This document shows positions 13,141 through 25,200 of a DNA stretch of 64,000 nt, piece after piece. The DNA is from Lingula anatina (lineage: Eukaryota > Animalia > Brachiopoda): assembly GCA_051362555.1 (NCBI GenBank), contig CM120645.1, positions 3,410,001-3,474,000 of the forward strand, read 5' to 3'. The notes under the pieces are model-generated. The model did no database searches, was not told where the DNA came from, and saw nothing but the letters and a program-made list of their open reading frames with translations. Within the stretch, counting starts at the first letter, position 1, and each line of letters begins with the position of its first letter. The translations under genes were made by a program, and so were the position numbers.

Positions 13141-15672
13141 AGTCAAAACGATTCTTAAACAACTTTCTTAATTATTACCCTCAAAACGACATGGTAATAG
13201 ATAATAATAGTCTGTAAGTAAAACGCTGGTAGAATTTGTCGGTAGACGCAATTAAAAGTACGCATTGCGTTTGTAAAAGATAGCTTTAAGCCGTTTTTAT
13301 CTCTGCCCTCTTCCGAAGTAATATATTTATCAAAACATCGTCCCTGCACTGCACTTGACAGGTAGGTTGACAAGGAAGGAAAAACTGCCCTCTGGTAATC
13401 CAATTTCATTAAAATAAAAAGTATCGAATGCGTCTTTTGCCATTCAATAATGACTCAGTACTCAATCGAATATGGACTTTTGACTCCAATGACGTAAACG
13501 TGTTTTGGTCTGGCGATGTACCATCTAGTGCTTATTGAATGCGTTTTGTAGAGTTTGTCATTCAAACGTATTTGTCATCACGAACTGTGTGCATTAGTCC
13601 AATCTATGCTCTTTTCAAGGCCACAGCATAATGTTATTTTATGCGAATCGTATAGTCCTTTGCTTTTTTGGGGACTGACGTACGTGTTCCATCATGCTCC
13701 CCTTGACGGTTCAATCACTAAAGGAAGCAACACTTCTTTCCCTCTCCCTCAACACATGAACATAAAAAGTTATATATTCTTGTGTGTATCGCATACAATT
13801 TTATTGGTTTCGTTTCATGCTCATAAATTACCCTTTCCAACATATAGAGAACTATTCCACGGGAATTTTACCGATGAATTACAGTCTGATTACCTCTAGG
13901 TAAAAAGCCCACACAGATTGTCGCCGTAACTAGGATAGAAATTAAGCCTGCACCGCATTACCTCCCACAGGACGTAATTTCAGGACGTAGAATGATTATT
14001 AGCCGCAGTGAAACAAGCAAAGATTATACTTTCTACGATCTTGATAAAGAACTCTGCAGGCTTCACTTGGTTTTTACGTATATGGTCCCATTAACAGCTA
14101 TAATTATGCTGCAAATGGGAGACAGAGAGTCCAAGAATAATTGCGCGAAGTATGGAAGTCTTTTTCGTGTTGCCAGTAGACAGAGGTAATGGCTTTCGCC
14201 ATACATGTACGAAAGAGCGCATTTAGAACAGCTGACTAACAGATCCGTGGATCAAATATGGCGACCTACTGGAAGGCTTGCCGCTTAATTCCCGATTAGA
14301 CACTGAATATAAATTCATCGCGGATTACGAAACAAGCCTTCAACTGGGTCGGCCATAACTGATCCGCGGACCTGTTAGTACGCTGTTCTGAATGCGTTCA
14401 AAGTCGGTGACGTGCAAGTACTTAACGAGAAAAAGCACTAGGTCATGATCATTGAGATCATTGCAATAACGCAGATATACACTGTGTATTGAAAAATTAA
14501 TTAAATCAATAAGTGCACATTGTTTGAAAAACATACTCGATGATAATTAACCGCATTGAGCTTTGACTCCGTTACTAAATTAGATGACAGTGAAATGTTG
14601 CCGTATTCATGTAGATATGCACAAAGGTCTCCAAAAACGAAAATGATTTTCGAAAAGAACAACAGCTGCCACAAACGCCTAGGACCTTCTCTGTTTTGTC
14701 CTTATGTCATTGTCTGGCGGAGAAAATAGCTTTTTTGCTTCAAATGTCACCAGAAAGGTTATTGTAAACAAGGTACAGTAGCCTATCTTCAGATTGCTTA
14801 TTTCCCATTCCTTGAAACCCCTAAAGAAATCTAATACTTACAAGGGAATAAATTCTGTCAATCACGCTCTGTCCACTTCAAAGAATAGAAATCCCATAGC
14901 AACGAAAATGTGAGAATTCTCAGTAGTCTATGGATTTTCTACATGTATATTGAGTTAACCTATAAGACCGTATTCAGGCTCTTCAGAACTTTTATAATTC
15001 AATTTCCTATCTTTTTAAGGTTAAGAAGATCTGGTGATTGACCTTCCGTTCCTCTAGGAAAAGAAGAGAATGCTGCGTGCGTACTTGACAAGCGGCTAAG
15101 AAAGCTTGTTACAACAACACTGAAAACCTCGGAAAACTCGAAGTGGTTTTGACATAGCGGCAACCTTACTGAAACCGACACGCTCAAATACTGCTTATTT
15201 CACGTGAACGGACTGTTTTTGCCTAGGTACGACTTAGTTATGAGTTAAGAGTGATTGTCGTGCTGGGATTGACAAACGCCCTGCAGTTTTGACAGGCGCA
15301 CGCTGAACACAATAAAGTCACAAACAAAACGGACTTTTTTTCTTTATGCAGTCCACCATCTTTGTGGCTTCGGTGGCACCTGCAGCTGGCAAACTAAACT
15401 AGCAACATCCAGAAGCTTCATCAATCCCAAGACTCGTCATCAAGTTTCTACACTACACATAGTAATATCCGGCCTTGGACGCGACACAGCTGCGGAATCA
15501 GTAAACACCGGCTAATCACTTTTTGGTGTTTTCATATTGATTATGACTGAATATCAGAATTGACTTTGTTCTTGAACTGGTGTGGGTGGTTTAGGTGTTA
15601 GGTGCGATATCGCCTAGACTTGCATTCACGAAGCCAGCTTCTAGGGTGACACATTTTAGTGAAGAAAGAACA

Positions 15673-16833
15673 ATGTCGTATTCCACTTTTTTGCCGTCTA
15701 CTAGTAACCATTCATCTCCAGAGGAGGAGGGTTTGGAAACCATGCCAGGACATCACCTTAAACATTTATTTCGTATTTTCGTAAAGCCAGAAGTGGACGC
15801 CAGTTATTTGTGGCCAACGGCGAGGATACTTTTTCCTTGTAAGCTGTTTGTAGAGATACTTGGATTGTTGGTTCACATCATTGGAATGACAGCGCTGTGC
15901 TTTTTGAAGAAACCCTTAAAACTGTATCACTTGCTTCTTATAAACATGGCGGCATCGGGCTTTTTGATCTTGTTCGTGTCATTCCTGAATTCTGTCATCG
16001 TGCTCTGGCAGCAGACGACTGTGTCGCAGACCACCCCTGTCGCCCCCCGATGGCATCAGTTCCAATGCAGCGATGACGTCATTGCTGATATATTACGTCA
16101 CGTTCACCTTGTTCCACTTTTCGCCATTTCTGGCCTCATCATCAATCAACATGTGGCTGGAACAGCGCAAAGTATGTACCAGTTTGTGGTCAACCGAACC
16201 AAAATTGTGTCTGGGATAATTGGAATTTATGTTTACACCGTCGTGATTTATTCAATATTTCATATTATTTATTCAAACGTGTACTCATATGAGGACTGTT
16301 TCACGCGATACAATGGCCCGTACATCATGGCCTCCAATTGGTATCTTGGTACCCTCTCCGTGCTCGTGGCAGTCATAGACTGCGTTCTTCTCTTTCGCCT
16401 TTGCCGCCAGTCGAGGAAACTACTCAACGCCAGACGACCCAAAAATGAAAAAGTCATACATGTTGTACAAGTCGCCGAATTTGCCGATTTGAAAAGTTTG
16501 CACGAATTTAACATCACTGTTGCGTGTCTGTTCGCAGTGATGGCAATATTTTATTCCCCGAGCGTCATCGTATTTCTTGTCATAGGCATGGTGACAAGTA
16601 GCGGCGGGCGGATAGATGCCTATCTTGTCATTGCGCAGACGACTGGCTGCTTCATCGCCGCCATTACGTCTGTGCTCGTGCCATTAGTGTGCGCACGCAG
16701 AATTTGTGACGTCCAAGATGGTTACATATCTCTCTGGGGGGAACTCCGCAGCGTCTTGACCCGCGAAGAACATGTCCCAATGGCTGTAGAATCGGCCTCA
16801 GCGGACCGTGAGATAGAAGAGACGCTCTGTTAA
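15673..16833 (+). CDS. Intronless, divergent rhodopsin-like (class A) orphan GPCR, about 386 aa from the first ATG
   Basis: The frame is open from 15595 to 16833, with the first ATG at 15673. There are seven hydrophobic segments with class-A spacing: a YHLLLINMA TM2 motif, a Cys at the top of TM3, a basic ICL3 (RQSRKLLNARR), FYSP in TM6, and TSVLVPLVCARRICDV at TM7/helix 8. Confidence 0.8.
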   Translation: MSYSTFLPSTSNHSSPEEEGLETMPGHHLKHLFRIFVKPEVDASYLWPTARILFPCKLFVEILGLLVHIIGMTALCFLKKPLKLYHLLLINMAASGFLILFVSFLNSVIVLWQQTTVSQTTPVAPRWHQFQCSDDVIADILRHVHLVPLFAISGLIINQHVAGTAQSMYQFVVNRTKIVSGIIGIYVYTVVIYSIFHIIYSNVYSYEDCFTRYNGPYIMASNWYLGTLSVLVAVIDCVLLFRLCRQSRKLLNARRPKNEKVIHVVQVAEFADLKSLHEFNITVACLFAVMAIFYSPSVIVFLVIGMVTSSGGRIDAYLVIAQTTGCFIAAITSVLVPLVCARRICDVQDGYISLWGELRSVLTREEHVPMAVESASADREIEETLC

Positions 16834-17112
16834 TGGTGCTTTAACTGTCTGATAAATTCATACAATGGCTTTGTTACAAGTTGCTCCAGTAGAGTGAAAC
16901 CTTGGAAACTCACTGCACGTAAAGATGAATATATACAGCCCAAGTCAAAGAAAAAGGTGAAGACTATATCTGTTAATATTCCCAAACTCAGAGACGAAGA
17001 TCTGAATAATTATCAAGGGCTCTCTGAATATAAGTGAACAAAATTCTCATTTCAAAACTGAGAAAAATTGACAAAATTTTTCAAATGATGGTAAGCGGTT
17101 TTGTGTTGCCCC

Positions 17113-17286
17113 GCACTCTTGGACGTGACATTTAACCCATGTCAGTAACAAAATTGTATATCATTCCTTATAATATCCCCCTATTATTATTTTTTTTTTA
17201 AATTATTTGCGTTCTCCTGTACTCTTGGGCGTGATATTTTACCCATGGAAGTGACAGTATTGTATATCTTTCTTAATATCCCCCAT
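17113..17286. repeat. Diverged two-copy direct repeat (about 65 bp, 106-bp spacing) downstream of the GPCR stop
   Basis: actcttgg(a/g)cgtga..ttacccatg..attgtatatc..aatatccccc at about 17115 and 17221. Confidence 0.7.
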
Positions 17287-19205
17287 TTTCTCCATTTCAT
17301 CGACTGTCTTTTTAGAAGTCAACTCTTTCAAAATATTTTTACCAATTTAGTCATTTTACTTGGTATCTACATATAAATTCGTATAAAGGCAAAGGTGCAC
17401 TTGTCGTGGTAAAGCTGAAATATTGACCAGTACCTGGACAAATTTCCAATACTTTACAAGTCCGGTTTTAAGCAACAGATGTTTCTTGTAACAGAGACTC
17501 TAGTTCCCATTAGATGCATATAGGTTAGTGTGAGCATGACGTGACCGTGTTCAAATCCAGGACGCGAAAGACCTACAGGTACAAGTCGATGGAGAGCCCG
17601 TGTAACGTGAGAGAGTCCCCAATGATCGAGTCCGTTTCCCATTCACTTGTACAGGTAAGCCCCGCCCTAGATTTTGTCCCACTTGGATAGTGGATAGTGG
17701 ATAACCATGAAGTAGAGGGCGGACTTTCTGTTACACTGACCCTCAGTTTCGTTACCCAGGACCTGTGTCACAGAGAACTTTCGTATATGGCACGGATCCA
17801 CTATTCTGGCATTTGGCACGGAACCAGTGCATATACATATTGCATGTCCGATTTCACTTTAAAATGTGAATACTTCATCTTTAAACATTTTCAAATATCA
17901 GACATGAGGCATATCACTGTTGGGGTGTAACAGAAGACAACGGAATATAACTGTCGTTTAATTAACAAGTAGGGCCTACAGAAAAATTCTCAACTGTTCT
18001 ATAAATAAAGAGAAGTTGTAATAAATATTATCTTTATTAAACTACATTTTCTTTTCTGACCTTGTTAGCAGATATTGACATGTGACTTATCAGGTTATTA
18101 CACTGCACACGACCACAATACCGCAGGGAGACACATCTACTGCAATTTGCAAATATTTTGACAATTTTTATGTAAAAATGTTAGGCATCATCAGTAAAAA
18201 TATGACAATGGCAGATTCTTGTACATGTAACAGTTGCAAAGTTCTAAGCAATACTTGTTGATTGGAAGATGTTAGTATCTTAATTCAAAATCTCAAAATC
18301 CAAAACTGTAAATTGCTGACAATTATTTCTTATTATACAAAGCCACAGAAAGCACCAAATTTATTGGATCAACTTCAAACACAATGCCACACTTAATCCA
18401 CTCCTAAAGAAAGGGAGCTCAGTTAGCCATATAGGGTAGAATTCTCTCTTAAAATCAACAGAACTTGACATGCAATCTGTATGCTCTTGTAGTTCTTTAC
18501 TCATCAGCTGTTCTTTCTTAAAGAAAATAAGCTTAATCACAAAATTTTTCGTTTAAAAATCCCTACTACCCTATTCCCCAGTTTGCAAACATATAAAGTC
18601 AGTTTTTTATTATAGTCACTCAAAGGCAGCTTCTTCTTTATATGTCCAGCACAATGAAAAGAAGCAAATCCCTGCCATTTTTGAAATTAAAAATTTTGAT
18701 ATTAAGTTTTGACATTATCAGAGATTCGCCAACTTTACCCTTGTGTATGACACAAAAGGTCAGTTTTTTACGATATCCAAACTACATTCATCAAATTCTG
18801 AAAATATTCAATCTTCTGTATCAGTCATACAGTGCACATAAAAAATCTCCCCAACTCACACTGAAACCAGCCTCAGTTCCATACATTAACCATGTGATTG
18901 TCATGTGACTATCATGTGACTGCTGTTGAGGCACCACGTTGGCAATAATTTAATGTTCCACTATACTGGAAATATATATTTTTTAAAAAGTTCAGGACTA
19001 CGAGCAGCAAAAAGGAAAATCCTCGGAAAACAATTTAGCAAGGGGCCGTGGGGTCAAACACCCCTATCCCCAGGGGTATTAGGGTTCAACACCCCCTCCC
19101 CAGGGGTCCCATGAGACACCAGGGGACTGGTACACACAGTCAGTGGAATTCCATGAATTCCTGGTCTATCCACAGCACTTGAAACACTTTTCAGACGCCC
19201 CTAAT

Positions 19206-22200
19206 TCAAGTGGCGATGCCTATGGCCTGGAGCACCTGGCTCTCGGAGTCGTTATGATGCGTACTGAACATGCTGTAAATGGGCTGTTGGGACAGAGAGC
19301 GCAGGAAATCCGTCAAGTATGCCTGTAATGAACACAATGATAGATAAGCCATGGCTAAAACTAGATAAACATTACTATTTGATATCACACAGCATTTCGG
19401 CATTTTTAAAGGATCATCTTTTATGTATCAATACTTTTTCAATTTACTAGTGTTCTTTTCTGGAGTACCAGACAATAAAACGTTTTTCCATTTGTTTATA
19501 TTGGTACAAGCAAACATGTCAGTTTTTAACATTTATCTATATATTGTTGGTCTTGTGAATAACTGCAAAAACCTTCTATAAAAACCAAATTACTCAAAAA
19601 TGAAAGAATCCTAACACTAACACTCCAGTCTTAAAGGGTCTGGGCACAGTACTATGTATAGGATTTCCCAAATTTACTTCCTAATACAACTTCAAACTTT
19701 TCAGTACTCTTCTACTTATAGAACTAGTACTAATATCAACTTGACTGTACAGATTTAAACATTTTATATCCATTCTTTGTATAGGATTTCTTTATTGCCT
19801 GTCTTCGGGCTTACCTGCAGGTCAATTTGATTGACAGGGTCAGCTAGTGCGTCCGGGTCTTCCTCTTCCTCCTCTCCTTCTGCATCCTCAAAACCTTCAA
19901 TAAAAAAACATACACACCTAATTACAAAGTCTTTAATGCTAGAACAATGGCTGAAAATTGATGAGCTCGTCACCACAGTTTGCACAGTGAAGCACAGATC
20001 TACCTGCCTTTTTTTATTTATTTTTTTTGTTAACTGCAATCTGTACGCAACACATCTTAACAAACTACTTTACAAAATTTCCCTTTAATCTTTCTTGTCC
20101 AGTTCCCTTTGAAAATTTGTATCAATATTATACAAATCCTTGGAAAATTGGCTAAAATTTTAAAACTCTCTCACAGATTTACAACGAAAATTGTTTTTTG
20201 TTGGGTTAATCAATAGTCATTACTGCAAGACTAGTGTCAATTGAAATATTATAGTACAAACCCCCTATCAAAGTTGGAACAGCATGATGTCAAGGTCATG
20301 GTGAAATCAACGTTTTTACCATAGCAATCAAACTGCATAAAGCTGTTATTTTTATTAAAAATATCTTCAAATGATATTTTACCAGGAAAGTCAGAGGATG
20401 GGGCAAAGTGGTCCAGTAAACTAGCAAGTGTCTCTCCCCCCATCTCTCCTGCACTAGTTTCTTCATCTTCATCATCATCTTCCCACTCCTCGCCCTGGTG
20501 TTTGACAAAAGAAGATCTGATTAGTGCACTCAATTTTATAACAGTTCTTGCATACAGACTGTTCATCATAGCTTCTTTAGTTCATAACCAAAAAAAAATT
20601 GATTCATATGATCTCCCACCGCCTAGGTTTTATTTGAATTTGCAAAAGATGCATAAAAATTACAATAAAGTGTCATGCTAGGGTTCCCTTAATTCTTGTT
20701 CACAAGAGATGGATCCCTCTATATAGTCTTATCCTTTTCAAATCAATTAAGATATTTGACATTTGAGTCATTGCCATCCTAACAATGTTTTCCCTTTGAC
20801 ACAACGCACTACAGCTTTTTCTACCAGTTTTTTTTTTTTTCAATACAAACAAAACACAGCAGTTAACTTACCTCATCAAGATCATCTGCCGCGGAGACAT
20901 GGGTGGACATGTTACTCTCAAGCTGATTGGACAGTTCATTGATCAGCAGCTTGTAGATTTTGACCACCAGGGGGATTGTGGTCCACTGTTCTGGTGCTAA
21001 ATTGAATTTCAAGATGAGCTGTACTTATCAAAACAAGTGCAGAAAAATGAAAAACCTAGTTCATAATAATCAATTATATCTTCATCTATTCATCAAAATT
21101 TTCATTACCTATAGAATTTGCTATGGAACTGGAATCTTTCATTTCAAATAAATCAAGTAACCATGTTTCCAAATTTTTTTAGGCAACATCGTGTTATTAT
21201 TTCAACAATATGCATTTATTCATTTGTATTTTACTTTTATTCCTTCACATCCATAACATAAAAAAATTCTGTAAGTACAAATGAATACAGGACTCAACGA
21301 AACAGTTCACAGTATCAAAACTTCATCACGTTCATAAGTGACCTATATTTACCTTGGGAGGCCTTGGACCTGGTTCTTATTCCATCATGGCTGAAGATTT
21401 GTTCCCCTTTCACCTGAATCTCACTCAGGCGTTGGTCATTGTTGTTGAGGGCATGTTGGAGTAACTTGCTCAATGCAACAGCACTGGAGATAAAAAAAAA
21501 AAAAAAAAAAAAAAAACTGGAATATCTAACACTATTCAACTGGAGCAGCTAACACACTGATAAAACCTTTTGATATTGCAAACACAACTGAAAAGCAGAA
21601 CTTTCTCAACTTACTTAATTGGTTGTTTAGAACAGACTGGAGCAACTTCAAACGCAATGACGCACGCAGACAGACACGTGATGTGCCACCAACTGGAAGT
21701 ACATCCAGCCAAATGAGACAAAACCTAGCAAATTTCCCATATGTGTACCTTAAATATTATAGTAAAACTGTCCATCCCTTCCCCAACCCCTGACAAAATC
21801 CTGGATCCACCAATGTTTTTAAACCCTCACAATGTCTGTGCTCACCTAACTTTGCCCTCATATGCACCATAAAACAGGTGCTGTCGAGAGCACCACTCAT
21901 TCATCACAAACTCCAGGGCAGGCTTCCCTGTGGGACCTGGGACGTTGTAGAGGAACTCCAGGACGGCGTCCATCTGGGTGTGAATCAGGTGTGCAAACAC
22001 CATCACCAGGCTCTGGAGGAGTACAGAACACAGACATCGATTGGTAAATTATTAATTTGACAAATAGTATTTAAAAAAATAATAATAATAATAAAATAAA
22101 ATAAAAATAAATAAAAAAAACCCTTTTTTACACTTGGCAACATGATAGCTTAAAAAAATGATCCCTAAAATTTTCAAATGAAGTCTTTATCTTTCAAAAT

Positions 22201-25200
22201 TATTTTGCACCTGACAATTAAAATGTAATGTATTAAATGTAGTAAACCCACACACTTGCACTGATTAAAAAAAAAAAAAAAAAAAATCAGGTGAGACCAT
22301 CTCTCATACCTGTACCACACTCAGCGTCTCCGCCTGCTGCATTTTACTCAGTATTGCTCTCAGCATCAGATCCAAGTTTTCTCCCAGCCCACTGCCCACT
22401 TTAGATATCACTATGGAGACCAGGCGCCCCACAAAGGCAGCCGTGTACTCGGACGTCTTGGGGTCTAAGAGCCTTGATATCACCTGTACTATATACCATA
22501 GCCCATTCTTTCCTGGAATAATGACACATTTCATTAAAATCCTCTTATTATTACAGTAAAAAGCTTTCCAAATGATTTGTATTTCTCATACTCTCCTTAA
22601 TTGAGAATTCACATCCAAAAATCTTCCCTCAAATCCTAAACATTTGTATCACAATAATTAAATTTGATTTTAGAAGATAACCAGTTCTGTGGAGTCTATT
22701 TGCATTAAAAAAAAAAAAAAACTCTATGCTCTGTGTTTAAATTTCTCATAAGTCAGGCACAGCAATTTAACAAATTTTCATTAAATGCTTGTTTTGTGTT
22801 GTAAAGAGTGCACAAAATAAGAAGAAAAGGTTCCCCCCCACCCTCATTACCTTGTTCGTCATGCCACTGTATAATTTGGTCTAGAGCTACGGAGGCATAT
22901 GCCCGTAAACATTCTCCACCACTCTGAAAAAAGATACAAACAGGAATTACACTAGTAAAACATGCTTAAATCTTTTTTTAAAAAGTACTTAATTTAGAAG
23001 AAAGCTACATATACAAGTACACTACTTACAGGTTCTGCATATAAAATGCTTTTTGCTCCATACTAAGTGCAAAATGCTCACAAACGTAACAATGCTTCAG
23101 AAACACTCTCTTGTCAAATGCAGCAGTAAAAAAAAAAAAAATCATCATAAAGCTATCAAGTGTGAAACCCAACCAGTTATATACTTCTACTGCTCACCTG
23201 CATTGTAGCGTTGTCGTCCGTACTGAGTGTACAGCACGCTGCTACGGGGAATGCACGCACCAGTGCATCAGAGATGGGGCTTCCACTATGCCTTACACAC
23301 GTCTCTAACATATCTAGTGCTGTCTGAGAGAAATAATACAATATTTGTATTAGACATGTCAGTTTTTCCAAAAACATTTTGTATTAATTTCTGGCATCAC
23401 ATGAATTCTAATGTACAAAAATCACAAGTATTGAAAATAAGAAAATGCTCAAGTAAAAGTTTTGCAGTTGCACATAAAATATTATACAGTCATTCTTTGC
23501 TAGTGGTGCACTGCAGGGGGGCCATAACAAGAATGTTATTTAAATTTAGATAGCCAACCAAATTCTCATGACATCGTTGTGTATGTTTCAATAACAAATC
23601 AAAGAAGCTGCATGAGCAAGGAGGATGTTGTTATAAAAGCAAAAAAATAGAAAAAGCAGAAAATATATCGAAATAACCCTCAAAATGGCGTCCTTTTTTG
23701 TGGAATTTTGACCCTACCTCTATTTAAGAACAGTTTGTTTAGGGTTTGAATGGATTATTGAAGCAGGAAATACATCTACTGCAAGAAGATATAATAAACA
23801 GAATGTGCAAATTGTTATTTAAATAAAAATTTATTTGAAGTCACTGAAAAATGATCACAAAATTAGCTTAACTTACGATACATGCGGTGTCCCACCCCGA
23901 TGTAAATTTCATCTAATCCTATCTTTCCGTATTAAAACTGTTCAATCGTCCAAAGTAGTATGTCGGTTAGTTTGTGTCACGAAGTCCATGATAATATCAG
24001 TTTTCTTAAGAATTTCACATTTATTGCTCAGCAAGGTCAATTTTTCTTCACCGCGTCCCAATATAACGTTCGCAACGCTGAAACTTCAGAGATCGATTTT
24101 TATCAGACGACTTTAAAATGCCGCGTGAAAATTATACATCGATAGCGATCTTCTTCCATACTCACTAACTGATGACGTCTTACACACGAATGGCTTCTTT
24201 TGCACACTAAAAAAAACAGCTCAAACTGGCTGGTGGCCCATTCTGATAACATGTCACGCAATGACGCTGTCGAGATAGGATGCAGGGCACAGGTGTAATT
24301 CCCTCGATTTAACCGTCACAGGATTGTTTATTGGGATCTTCTTTGTATGAAGGTGAGAAATAATGAGTTTAGTTTCATTTTTCTTCAATTGTTTCAACAT
24401 ATTTGTGTACCGATTGATTTTTACCATTCTATAAGTAGGGTGACTTCGTCTGAACTTTCGTTTTGCGTCTGTTTCACATGGGGGACTAAAGGTCATATTG
24501 AACATGGTGACGCGGTGATACCGTATTCATGTTCTCTTGTTCTCGAAAACTCAATCATCGAAATTGAATTACTTTTTTTTAGTTTTGTCTTAAATTAAGC
24601 TGCTACACTGTATTCCGTGCGTTTAAAATTTAACCGTCTGTAAAAACAGCAATAATGGATTACTAGCAACACTTACGTTACGCAATGAAGCACCGAAAAT
24701 GGGTGAAGAAAATGTGTCTCAGTAATGCGTGTTTGCCACTCATAATGCACTGTACTTCGTTTGAATAAGCAATAAACTATTTGTGATCTTAGGTTATCCA
24801 TTGTTCGTTATCAGAGTTAACAGATTCTTTGTGTGATTTTTTTTCAGAATCCCAAGAGTGGATGCCTTAGTGAGCACAGAACAGATATCACCATTGGTCT
24901 ACATATGTCAGGAAGAATGTTATAATTATGAACTTTGTGTTACACTGAACTTCATTTTGTTAAATTTTGTATTTAACTGAACTTTATTGTGTTAAAATAA
25001 TAATAAAAAAATAATAGCTCTGATAAAAAACTACAATCTGGAACATTCTTTAGATCAACTTTGTTCAGTGTGTGTCCCATATGACAGAGTTACAGTAAAT
25101 AAAATATGTGCATTATTCCTCTGTGTTTGTCAATTCCATTTTAAAAGCATGTGAAAGTGGTGTGCCCTTCATGAATGAAGTGTGTATGGATAATAGCAAA

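Noticed and set aside
17520-17660. Pol III B-box-like GTTCAAATCC with an imperfect hairpin (gtacaagtcgatgg / ccattcacttgtac): possible tRNA or SINE
   Set aside because: The A-box match is poor and no cloverleaf forms. It is more likely a decayed repeat fragment, and I cannot classify it.
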